In this document: one piece after another, positions 40,395 to 48,677 of the stretch | Position numbering within the stretch: position 1 is the stretch's first letter | Layout of the letters: every line of letters starts with the position of its first letter | IMG/VR virus record: IMGVR_UViG_3300037067_005124 | Location: 7,760 to 71,759 of that record | Reading direction: 5' to 3' (one strand) | Origin: a virus | Lineage: Duplodnaviria > Caudoviricetes | DNA length: 64,000 nt | The notes under the pieces: generated by a model | Database searches by the model: none | Seen by the model: only the letters and a program-made list of their open reading frames with translations | Told to the model about the DNA's origin: nothing | Translations under genes and position numbers: made by a program

Positions 40395-40400
40395 GGCATC

Positions 40401-40943
40401 TTAAGCAGACATTTTAGCGATTTTAACAGCTGCATATAACGCTCTTAGAGACTCGGCAAAGTTGGCGCGATAATCAGTGTCGGGGTATTGAGTCTTAAGT
40501 TGTTTTGCAAGTGCATGTGCCCTATTAAAAATGTCTGACTTTGTAAGAGCCAGAACCTTTTTAGCTAAATCGGCCTTGCGAGTAACTTGTGAGCGATTGT
40601 AAATCTCAGTCTCTATATTGCTCCGGTGATCAATCCACCATACAGCAGTAGACTCATTGGCAACATGCTCAAACCCGCGATTAGCAAACATCTGATATTT
40701 TTCACAGCGGATTTTATTGGCCCACTCAATTTGCTTGGGTGTACCGGTAAGGGCCGGAAGATTTGCACTATTATATACGGATAACTCAGCTGCTTTTTTG
40801 GATTCTTGTTGTGCCATGTAACATTCGGAACATATGCCGGAACGCTCAAAATAAGATATTTTACGTTCGCGCTCAGATGTTTTACCCACTAAGTCCATTG
40901 CCTGGGTATGTCCACAAGAAAAGTTAACTGTGTATTTTGCCAT
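40401..40943 (-). CDS. Hypothetical protein (Zn-finger N-terminus)
   Basis: FSCGH...CSEC; LPALTGTPKQIEWANKIR; WWIDHR motifs common in mobile-element accessory proteins. Confidence 0.6.
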   Translation of the reverse strand: MAKYTVNFSCGHTQAMDLVGKTSERERKISYFERSGICSECYMAQQESKKAAELSVYNSANLPALTGTPKQIEWANKIRCEKYQMFANRGFEHVANESTAVWWIDHRSNIETEIYNRSQVTRKADLAKKVLALTKSDIFNRAHALAKQLKTQYPDTDYRANFAESLRALYAAVKIAKMSA

Positions 40944-41211
40944 TTGAAACGCCTCCTTAAAGTTTGGTTTGTTGATTACATTTATATTGTACATCAACTG
41001 ATGTATAAATGCAAGAGATTTTAAAAAGATAGGTATTTTGTCAATAAAATTTTATGGAGGAATATGAATCCAGAATACACCACCACGCCTTGACGCGTTT
41101 AGCCATGATAAAGGCATTACAAAAATAGATGCAAAAATCCATAAAATAACTGTTGACAATGTCATGACAAAATGGTATGATAAAGGTATCAAATTGTTGG
41201 AGGCGTTGGAT

Positions 41212-41763
41212 ATGACAGGATTTGAAGCACATAAAATGTTAATAGACGGCAAAATAACGCTAGATGAATATAGGGTATTAACGCAACCCACAGTAAGCGT
41301 AAAACCGGTAATTAAAAAACAATCACTTAAAAATTTCCTCCCATGCAAGGACGCAAACGTAATAACAGATTTTACAGTTGCAGATTTGGATAAATGGGAA
41401 GAGAAAAGTTATTTTCGGTTCCAGTGCCTTGAATGGACGGTTGGAGAAAAAAGCTTCGGAATGATCTATTCCACGGCAAAAGAAGCAAGGGCGGAAGGCA
41501 GCACAGTACTCGATGGCAAGAGTTGCGTATCTGAATGGCGGCAATTATACCAGTTTTGGGATAGTTTTAGTACACAAAATTTTTGTATATTGGTATTTAC
41601 GGGGACTAAAAACGGCTACGGACATGATGGCGAATGTGTAGTAAAACCAGAAAAAGTTATTGCAGTTTTGGATTGTAAAAAATTTATGGAAATCGTAAAT
41701 ACGGAACTCGAAAAAGCTGAAACCGAGCAGGACTATGAAGAGGTAAGACGGTTTGGTATATAG
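41212..41763 (+). CDS. Hypothetical protein with its own promoter
   Basis: TTGACA(41153)-17-TATGAT(41176) and a GGAGG RBS place the start at 41212, not 41164. Confidence 0.55.
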   Translation: MTGFEAHKMLIDGKITLDEYRVLTQPTVSVKPVIKKQSLKNFLPCKDANVITDFTVADLDKWEEKSYFRFQCLEWTVGEKSFGMIYSTAKEARAEGSTVLDGKSCVSEWRQLYQFWDSFSTQNFCILVFTGTKNGYGHDGECVVKPEKVIAVLDCKKFMEIVNTELEKAETEQDYEEVRRFGI

Positions 41764-41765
41764 GT

Positions 41766-42308
41766 ATGCCAAAAAAACCTTTAGACCTAACAAACCGGCA
41801 ATTTGGTAAGCTTAAAGCAATAAAACAAGTTGGCTCAGATTCTCATGGTGCTATATGGCTTTGCGAATGTAAATGTGGAAATTTTGTTAACGTAAGATGC
41901 AGTAATTTGTTGTCTGGCCATACAAGCAGTTGTAAGTGCAAGTGCATAAAGAAACCTATAACAACTGGCCATAAGCATTTAAGCAGCGACCCCGTCTGGA
42001 AAAAGTCTCTTGATATGGCAACAGCTGCCCGCCACTATGCCAGTGGCACTTACGTTAATCGTATTAAATCCAAAAAAATGAACAGAAACAATACTAGTGG
42101 CATAAAAGGGGTAACGTGGGATAAAAAACAAGGGAAGTGGATTGCATATATTAATTTTCGCCGTAAAATGTATTACTTAGGCGCTTACATGCGAATCAAA
42201 GAAGCGGCATTTGCCAGAAAGCAAGCAGAAGCGCATTTACACGACAAATTTGTACAATGGTGGGAGGAAAGAAATGGACAATCGCAGAACGTTCCGTCTC
42301 AGCGATGA
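41766..42308 (+). CDS. AP2-domain DNA-binding protein (homing-endonuclease-derived)
   Basis: DLTNRQFGKL...WLCECKCGN...LLSG...SCKC; NNTSGIKGVTWDKKQGKWIAYINF....YLGAY. Confidence 0.8.
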   Translation: MPKKPLDLTNRQFGKLKAIKQVGSDSHGAIWLCECKCGNFVNVRCSNLLSGHTSSCKCKCIKKPITTGHKHLSSDPVWKKSLDMATAARHYASGTYVNRIKSKKMNRNNTSGIKGVTWDKKQGKWIAYINFRRKMYYLGAYMRIKEAAFARKQAEAHLHDKFVQWWEERNGQSQNVPSQR

Positions 42309-42429
42309 AGAATACAGCAACTTACAACAGCAAGCCAAGCAACTAGGGCTAAACGCAAGTGAATACATCAGATTTATAATATCTTTAGATACCAGTACAG
42401 GTATAATACAAAAACTTAAGGGCAAATAA
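42274..42429 (+). CDS. Small RHH (MobC-like) protein
   Basis: RRTFRLSDEEYSNLQQQAKQLGLNASEYIRFII. Confidence 0.65.
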   Translation: MDNRRTFRLSDEEYSNLQQQAKQLGLNASEYIRFIISLDTSTGIIQKLKGK

Positions 42430-42460
42430 AGCCCTTTTTTGTTGCAAAAATAAAAAGGAC

Positions 42461-42616
42461 TCACTTGGAATCCTCTTTAAGTTGCTGCTTAAGCATATAA
42501 ACTATTTGAGCAGATATAGACCTTTCATTCTCAGAGGCTAAATGAATAATTTTAGAATCCAGGTCCTTAGTAAGGATAACATTCCTTTGGGTATGGGTTA
42601 CGGTATTTAATGGCAC
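42461..42616 (-). CDS. Arc-like RHH repressor
   Basis: QRNVILTKDLDSKIIHLASENERSISAQIVYMLKQ (GTG start, AAGGAG RBS). Confidence 0.65.
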   Translation of the reverse strand: MPLNTVTHTQRNVILTKDLDSKIIHLASENERSISAQIVYMLKQQLKEDSK

Positions 42617-42963
42617 AAAATCAACTCCTTTCAATAAATAAATTGTACCACGGATAATGACAAAAGTAAACAGGTAAAAATAATTATTCTAAAGGTATTG
42701 ACAGTCGTTAACAGTTGATGTACAATGGAATCAAGAAATGATTGAAAGGGGATATGAAATATGAAGGCAGGAAAAGATTATTGTAAGTGCTGCAAGTCAG
42801 AAAATTTGTTTGATAATTATATTGACGAAGAAGGTTTCCATGATGACGAAAACGGAAGATACGTAACGATATGTCAAGATTGTGGAACAATCCAACAGGA
42901 TTATAAGAAAATTAAAAAGAGTAAATAGAGAGGGGGAAAGCCCCTCTTGGGGCTATAGGGGAT

Positions 42964-43149
42964 ATGAAAAAGAAATTATTCGAGACAACTCAGTCTGATT
43001 TACTTAAATATAACGGACAGGACTTCACAATAATAAGACCATTAGAAGTAGGAAAAGAACGTGACGAAGAAGTTGGCGAAATGTATGAAATTCAATTTGC
43101 AGATGGATTTGTTACTGATGCTTTTGCTGACGAAACATTGGAGGGGTAA
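42964..43149 (+). CDS. Small acidic hypothetical protein
   Basis: 61-aa ORF with RBS. Confidence 0.5.
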   Translation: MKKKLFETTQSDLLKYNGQDFTIIRPLEVGKERDEEVGEMYEIQFADGFVTDAFADETLEG

Positions 43150-43155
43150 ATTAAA

Positions 43156-43341
43156 ATGAATAAATTAAAACTATGTCCGTTATGTGGTGGAGAAGCTAAA
43201 TTGTTTACACAAAGAAATCAATACGAACCTAATGGATGCTATGTTACGCATGTTTCTTGTTCAAAATGTAATCACAGCACACAAAAATACGGAGTACTTA
43301 ATAAAGAAAGTACATTGGCTGTTAAAGAATGGAATGGGTAA
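43156..43341 (+). CDS. Lar-like restriction-alleviation family protein
   Basis: LKLCPLCGGEAKL...VSCSKC...AVKEWN. Confidence 0.65.
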   Translation: MNKLKLCPLCGGEAKLFTQRNQYEPNGCYVTHVSCSKCNHSTQKYGVLNKESTLAVKEWNG

Positions 43342-43540
43342 ACGAGAAAGGCAGGTAAGCCCATCTTGGGGTTATAGGGGATAGCAAAGAGGCTAGGAGG
43401 GAAAGGGAAATGAGCAATAGAGACAGGGCAATATAAAATAGAATTTTAGGAGCCTAAAAGGGCTTCTTTTTTATGAGGCAAAGCAACATGAAAGGTTAAG
43501 TAATTTTATTATGGCAAGCATATATAAGAAGGTGAATTGA

Positions 43541-43960
43541 TTGGAAAATAATGTAACTAAGTATACAGAACTTAACAGTATAAAAAAACGTGCGTTTCTA
43601 GCGGCATACTCGTTGTGCGGCAATATTACAAGAGCGGCAGAATTAGCAGAAGTATCAAGAGGCAGTCATTATCTATGGATGAACGAAGATGAAGCGTACC
43701 AGCTGTGCTTTAATGATGCAGATCAGGAGGCAATTGAGCGTTTGGAAGCAGAAGCCCGAAGAAGGGCCGTGCAAGGTGTATCAAAGCCTGTGTTCTACCA
43801 AGGTATGGAATGTGGAGTAGTCCAGGAATATTCAGACACATTGCTTATGTTTCTGCTTAAAGGCGCAAAACCGCAGAAGTACAGGGACAATGTGGCCGTG
43901 GATGCCAATATTAGTGTCACTTTTGAGCAACTGCTGAAAAAGGCGCTAGAGTCAGAGTAA
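43541..43960 (+). CDS. Terminase small subunit
   Basis: KKRAFLAAY..CGNITRAAE...LEAEARRRAVQG...EYSDTLLMFLLKG.KPQKYRD. Confidence 0.8.
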   Translation: MENNVTKYTELNSIKKRAFLAAYSLCGNITRAAELAEVSRGSHYLWMNEDEAYQLCFNDADQEAIERLEAEARRRAVQGVSKPVFYQGMECGVVQEYSDTLLMFLLKGAKPQKYRDNVAVDANISVTFEQLLKKALESE

Positions 43961-43963
43961 TAG

Positions 43964-44089
43964 TGTATCAAAAACGTACATTAAATAAACATAATTAATA
44001 ACAGCGTATCTAAGCACGTTTCAAGGCTTTTTTGTGTATCAAAAAATGTATCAATATCTATTTACATTGCGATACTATTATGATACAAT
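43964..44089. promoter_or_regulatory. res-like sites and promoter of the serine recombinase
   Basis: TGTATCA at 43964, 44035 and 44047, inverted TGATACA at 44081; overlaps TTTACA-17-TACAAT. Confidence 0.6.
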
Positions 44090-44107
44090 ATCCTTGAGGT
44101 GATATTT

Positions 44108-44830
44108 ATGAAAATAGGATACGCGAGAGTGAGTACACAAGATCAAAAACTGGAATTGCAATTGGACGCGCTTAATAGCTATGGAGTTGAAAAAATATTT
44201 CAGGAAAAAATTACAGGGACAAAAGCAGACAGACCGCAACTTAGTGAAATGACAAAAATACTGCGCAAGGGTGACACTGTGGTGGTATGGAAACTTGACA
44301 GAATAGGCCGGAGTATGAGACACCTTTTAGATTTAGTTGAAGAATTCCGGAAAGCTGGAATAGGTTTCATTAGTTTAAAAGAAAATATTGATACTACAAC
44401 AGCAACCGGGAAATTGATATTTAATATTTTTGCGTCATTAGCTGAGTTTGAGCGGGATATGCTTTCTGAGAGGACAAAAGCAGGATTGAAAGCAGCAAAG
44501 GCCAGAGGCAGGAGCGGCGGCAGGCCGAATAAAAGAAACGGCAAATCAAAAACAGTTGAAACACTGTATCAAAGCGGTTTCAAAATCAAGGACATTTCAG
44601 AACAAACAGGGCTAAGCAGGGCTACAATATATCGGATACTTAATAAGCCTGAGACATTTTCAAACACGATCACTCAAGAATTAAGAGCAGAGCCAATTAA
44701 AAAATTAGTTGAAAAAGTCATTGAACAATTAAAGGATGGAGTAATAGTCAAGTCGAAAGATGAAGCAATAAAAGCCACTGAAAAACTAAAAGAAAAGAAA
44801 TCAGAAATACGAACATTTTTTAAAAACTAG
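44108..44830 (+). CDS. Serine recombinase (resolvase/invertase)
   Basis: IGYARVSTQDQ, VVWKLDRIGRS, ERTKAGL..A.ARGR.GGRP; C-terminal HTH plus an extension. Confidence 0.95.
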   Translation: MKIGYARVSTQDQKLELQLDALNSYGVEKIFQEKITGTKADRPQLSEMTKILRKGDTVVVWKLDRIGRSMRHLLDLVEEFRKAGIGFISLKENIDTTTATGKLIFNIFASLAEFERDMLSERTKAGLKAAKARGRSGGRPNKRNGKSKTVETLYQSGFKIKDISEQTGLSRATIYRILNKPETFSNTITQELRAEPIKKLVEKVIEQLKDGVIVKSKDEAIKATEKLKEKKSEIRTFFKN

Positions 44831-44948
44831 AAGCCGGGAGGCTTCTTTTTTTATAGCATAAGACAGTCTTGCAAACTGTAGGCGGGTGTCCTCACTTCCC
44901 GCCTTTTCTTATGCCTTTTTTAGTGGGGAGAAATGTAAAAAGTGAGGT

Positions 44949-46076
44949 ATGAATATGAACATTGACAAAGAATTTCAAGGACTTATCCCGCCATTGACAC
45001 CTGAAGAATACACAGGACTTGAACAAAGCATTTTAACAGAAGGCTGCAGGGATGCACTTATAGTCTGGAACGACACTTTAATAGATGGACACAACAGGTA
45101 TGAGATATGTAACAGACATGGGAAACCGTTTAAAACGTCAGAAAAGGCGTTTAGCAGCCGTGACGATGTCATGTTATGGATAATAGATAATCAATTCAGT
45201 AGGCGTAATTTACCAACATATGAGCGCGGTGTACTGGCATTAAAGAAAAAGGGTATCATTGCGCGACAAGCGGAAGGAAGAATGATGTTAGGTAAAAAAG
45301 CAGACCCTAATCAGAATTCTGATAAGGGTAGTACATACAAAAAACTAGCTGGTATGGCGGGAATAAGCCATGACACAATACACAAGATAGATATAATAGA
45401 ACACAAAGCCCCCGAACCACTGAAGGAAAAAATTAAATCCGGCGAAGTCAGCATTAATCAGGCATATCAAGCAGTAAGACGAGAAGAAAAAATACAAGTT
45501 GTTGAACAAAAAATCGAAGAACACAAAGAAAAGGCAACGGGCATTACCGACATATACGCAACTGATAAAAAGTACAACATAATTTACGCAGATCCAGCAT
45601 GGGATTATTGGTCAGGCGGTAATAAAAATCAAAATTTGCATTACACAACAATGTCACTAGACGATATACGCAACCTTCCAGTAAAGAATATAGCCGACAA
45701 TGACTGTGTTCTTTTTTTATGGGTTACATATCCAATACTACAAGAAGCATTCAAGGTTATTGAATCCTGGGGCTTTAAATATTCAACTGCTGGCTTCGTA
45801 TGGGTAAAGAAAAATAAAAATGTAGATACACCGTTTATCGGTTGTGGAAGCTGGACGCGTGCAAATTCTGAATTATGCTTAATAGCCACCAAAGGAAACA
45901 TGACAAGGCTTGACGCCGGAATATCACAGATAATAGAAACACCTATAGAGGAACATAGTAAAAAGCCTGCCATTGCGCGTCAGTTAATAACAAAGCTTGT
46001 TGGTGAACTGCCGCGCATAGAACTATTTTCAAGACAAGCAACAGACGGATGGGATATATGGGGGAATGAAGTTTGA
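44949..46076 (+). CDS. ParB-like N-terminus fused to an MT-A70-family methyltransferase
   Basis: LIDGHNRYEIC; IIYADPAW; LFLWVT; HSKKP; RIELFSR. Confidence 0.85.
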   Translation: MNMNIDKEFQGLIPPLTPEEYTGLEQSILTEGCRDALIVWNDTLIDGHNRYEICNRHGKPFKTSEKAFSSRDDVMLWIIDNQFSRRNLPTYERGVLALKKKGIIARQAEGRMMLGKKADPNQNSDKGSTYKKLAGMAGISHDTIHKIDIIEHKAPEPLKEKIKSGEVSINQAYQAVRREEKIQVVEQKIEEHKEKATGITDIYATDKKYNIIYADPAWDYWSGGNKNQNLHYTTMSLDDIRNLPVKNIADNDCVLFLWVTYPILQEAFKVIESWGFKYSTAGFVWVKKNKNVDTPFIGCGSWTRANSELCLIATKGNMTRLDAGISQIIETPIEEHSKKPAIARQLITKLVGELPRIELFSRQATDGWDIWGNEV

Positions 46077-46564
46077 ACGTTACGGTATTTCAAAGTGATA
46101 TAAAGTCTGGCAAAATAGGCGAATTGATATTTAGGGAGGACTTTCTTGACTTTCTTAACATCAAATATCAGGACGTAACCGGTTGCCAACAATATCAGGT
46201 AATCGACAGCGATTTTTTAAGCAAAGTAGGATTGTTTGAAATAAAATCCAATTACAAAGACGATAAAAAAATAATCATTGAAGAATATACCAACATCAAT
46301 GAAAGATACGGCAAAATAAGGCCTGGATGGTGGTACAAATCAAAGGCTGATTTAATTATATTCGTATCCAAGGCAACGCGAACAATGATATTTTTGCCAT
46401 TTACAGACGCATTAAAACAGCACTTCGAGATAATTAAAGGCAATTACGAACTAATAAAAAATAAAGTGTCGGAGGACAATGGTAACCGCTGGCAATCCGC
46501 ATTCAGACGCATAGAGTTACCAGACTTAAAAGGGTATTTTTCGTGTTACAAAAGAGCGAATTAA
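46073..46564 (+). CDS. PD-(D/E)XK nuclease-like protein
   Basis: GKIGE...D.DF....FEIK...GWWYKSKAD; coupled to the MT-A70 gene. Confidence 0.55.
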   Translation: MNVTVFQSDIKSGKIGELIFREDFLDFLNIKYQDVTGCQQYQVIDSDFLSKVGLFEIKSNYKDDKKIIIEEYTNINERYGKIRPGWWYKSKADLIIFVSKATRTMIFLPFTDALKQHFEIIKGNYELIKNKVSEDNGNRWQSAFRRIELPDLKGYFSCYKRAN

Positions 46565-46608
46565 ACGGCACGTAAGGCAATAAGCCTACGAATATAAAGG
46601 AGTCCACC

Positions 46609-46686
46609 ATGCTCTATATAATAGCTTTCATTACATTTCTAATTCTACTATGGAACTATGCAGCACATAAAAACGATCCAGACTAA
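46609..46686 (+). CDS. 25-aa hydrophobic peptide
   Basis: AAGGAG RBS; MLYIIAFITFLILLWNYAAHKNDPD. Confidence 0.35.
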   Translation: MLYIIAFITFLILLWNYAAHKNDPD

Positions 46687-46725
46687 AAGGCGGCTATGAC
46701 TGCCTTAATTTAAAGGAGTGAACTT

Positions 46726-47604
46726 ATGAAACGTTCAGAAATAACCAGTGAATTTGCCTTGAGGTTAAAAAGCGAATATGAATGTGGAAATTCAGCAAAT
46801 TATCTAGGCAAGAAATATGGCTTACCTGGTGACATTGTGGGTGTTATTTTAAGGTCCATAGGTGTAAGTTTTAACCCTAAGAGGACAAAAAAATTTATTA
46901 ATCTAATACTCGTCGACAAAGGTAAATTTATAGAGGACTATTTGAATTTACTTGTGCCAATAGACGAAATCGCCCACAAATATAAAGTTTGCAGAGAAAC
47001 AGTTATGAAATATGCAAAAAGGTTTAATCTAAAACGACAAACCGGAAAAATAATATTTGCCGAAAACATGGAAAAATTTATAAAAATTCTTTCACTCATG
47101 GATGATAATTCAAGTGGAATGTTTTATAACAGTTTAACACAAAAACAAAGACGGGCCTTTGAATTGAGATACAATATTACGAGTGAAGGCTTTTTAACCC
47201 TACAAGAAATTGGCGACAAATTAAATGTAACAAGAGAAAGAGTAAGACAACTTATCGTAAAAGTAGAAAGAAAAGCACAGCATCTAACCTCAAGAAAAAT
47301 TGTTGAACTAAATAGCACATACATAATAAAATCTACTCTCAAAAAAGAATCTAATACCGAATCAATAGATTACGGTACAGAAGATGATATTATCAACGCA
47401 AGAATAGAATTGTTAGATTTGTCTGTGCGGGCATATAACGCCCTTGTAAGGGGCGGGATTACACATGTCAAGGATTTGGTTGCAAAATGGAACAATTTAC
47501 TTGCTATAAGAAATTTGGGGTATGTGTCAACTAAAGAAATAGAATCAAAACTTGCCAATGTCGGGATAAATGTTAAACAGCAAGGAGGATATGACCATGT
47601 ATAA
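46726..47604 (+). CDS. Fusion of sigma-70 region 4 and RNA polymerase alpha-CTD
   Basis: LTLQEIGDKLNVTRERVRQL; IELLDLSVRAYNALVRGGITHVKDL...IRNLGYVSTKEI. Confidence 0.85.
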   Translation: MKRSEITSEFALRLKSEYECGNSANYLGKKYGLPGDIVGVILRSIGVSFNPKRTKKFINLILVDKGKFIEDYLNLLVPIDEIAHKYKVCRETVMKYAKRFNLKRQTGKIIFAENMEKFIKILSLMDDNSSGMFYNSLTQKQRRAFELRYNITSEGFLTLQEIGDKLNVTRERVRQLIVKVERKAQHLTSRKIVELNSTYIIKSTLKKESNTESIDYGTEDDIINARIELLDLSVRAYNALVRGGITHVKDLVAKWNNLLAIRNLGYVSTKEIESKLANVGINVKQQGGYDHV

Positions 47605-48676
47605 CATTGCTCTCTCTCGTCCATCCTACCTCTCATACACCGACGAAGTATGCAAAGCTGTCAACAAAGTAATCCGTTCCGGCTTTATAGCACAAGGCAA
47701 GGTCACGGAAGAATTCGAACAAAAGATTGCAGAATATGTCGGCGTAAAACATGCCATAGCCGTATCAAGCGGTACGGCAGGACTATTCTTATGCCTTAAG
47801 GCTTGCGGTATAGGGCCTGGTGACGAGGTTATAACCACACCTTTTTCATTTATAGCCAGCACAAATGTCATAGTTCATGCTGGTGCAAAGCCTGTGTTTG
47901 TGGATATTGACAGAGATACTTACAACATGGATATAGATAAAATGCCATTATTTGTAGACAGTGAAGTGAAGGCCATATTGCCAGTGGATGTGTTCGGCAA
48001 TCCATTCAATTCAAGGCGAATAGGCGGGTTGTGGCCTATTATTCTTGATGCATGTGAATCATTCGGTAGCAAAATGCAACGTCCTTTTGATACATGCGTA
48101 TATGCGGCGTATCCGAACAAACAATTGACAACAGGCGAAGGCGGCATAATATGCACCGACAACCAATCCATAGCTGAATACTGCCAGGCACAACGCAACC
48201 AAGGGCGCAAAAAGGGCGACCAGTGGCTGGAATCGTCATACATAGGATGGAATTTCCGTATGACGGATATACAGGCTGCTATAGGGTTGGTACAACTTAA
48301 CCATTGGGAAGAAATATGCCGTAAACGACATAATGTTTATCTACAATACGTCCACAACTTGATACTGGATGAAAGAATAAAGTTACAGGAATTCGGGAGT
48401 GGCTGGCAGGAGCTAAGCCATTTTGTTTTCACTATTGAATGTGACAACCGCGACAAAGTAATGCAGTACATGTTATCCCATGGCATAGAATGCAAGCCGT
48501 ACTTTCCTTGTATCCATACACAGAAACCATATTTAGAAATAGGATACAAACAAGGTGACTTTCCTATTGCTGAATTGGTATCGTCAAGGACTTTGGCTTT
48601 GCCGTTTTGGACGGATATGTCAGAATCAGAAGTAGATACCGTATGCAAGGTATTAAAGCAAGCATTGGAGGTGTGA
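47591..48676 (+). CDS. DegT/DnrJ/EryC1/StrS sugar aminotransferase (LegC/PglE-like)
   Basis: AVSSGTAGL, GPGDEVITTPFSFIAS, ILDACES, YPNKQLTTGEGG (PLP Lys), NFRMTDIQAAIG. Confidence 0.92.
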   Translation: MTMYNIALSRPSYLSYTDEVCKAVNKVIRSGFIAQGKVTEEFEQKIAEYVGVKHAIAVSSGTAGLFLCLKACGIGPGDEVITTPFSFIASTNVIVHAGAKPVFVDIDRDTYNMDIDKMPLFVDSEVKAILPVDVFGNPFNSRRIGGLWPIILDACESFGSKMQRPFDTCVYAAYPNKQLTTGEGGIICTDNQSIAEYCQAQRNQGRKKGDQWLESSYIGWNFRMTDIQAAIGLVQLNHWEEICRKRHNVYLQYVHNLILDERIKLQEFGSGWQELSHFVFTIECDNRDKVMQYMLSHGIECKPYFPCIHTQKPYLEIGYKQGDFPIAELVSSRTLALPFWTDMSESEVDTVCKVLKQALEV

Positions 48677-48677
48677 T

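Noticed and set aside
41164-41211. Predicted start of the 199-aa ORF
   Set aside because: Overlaps a consensus promoter; the RBS supports ATG at 41212
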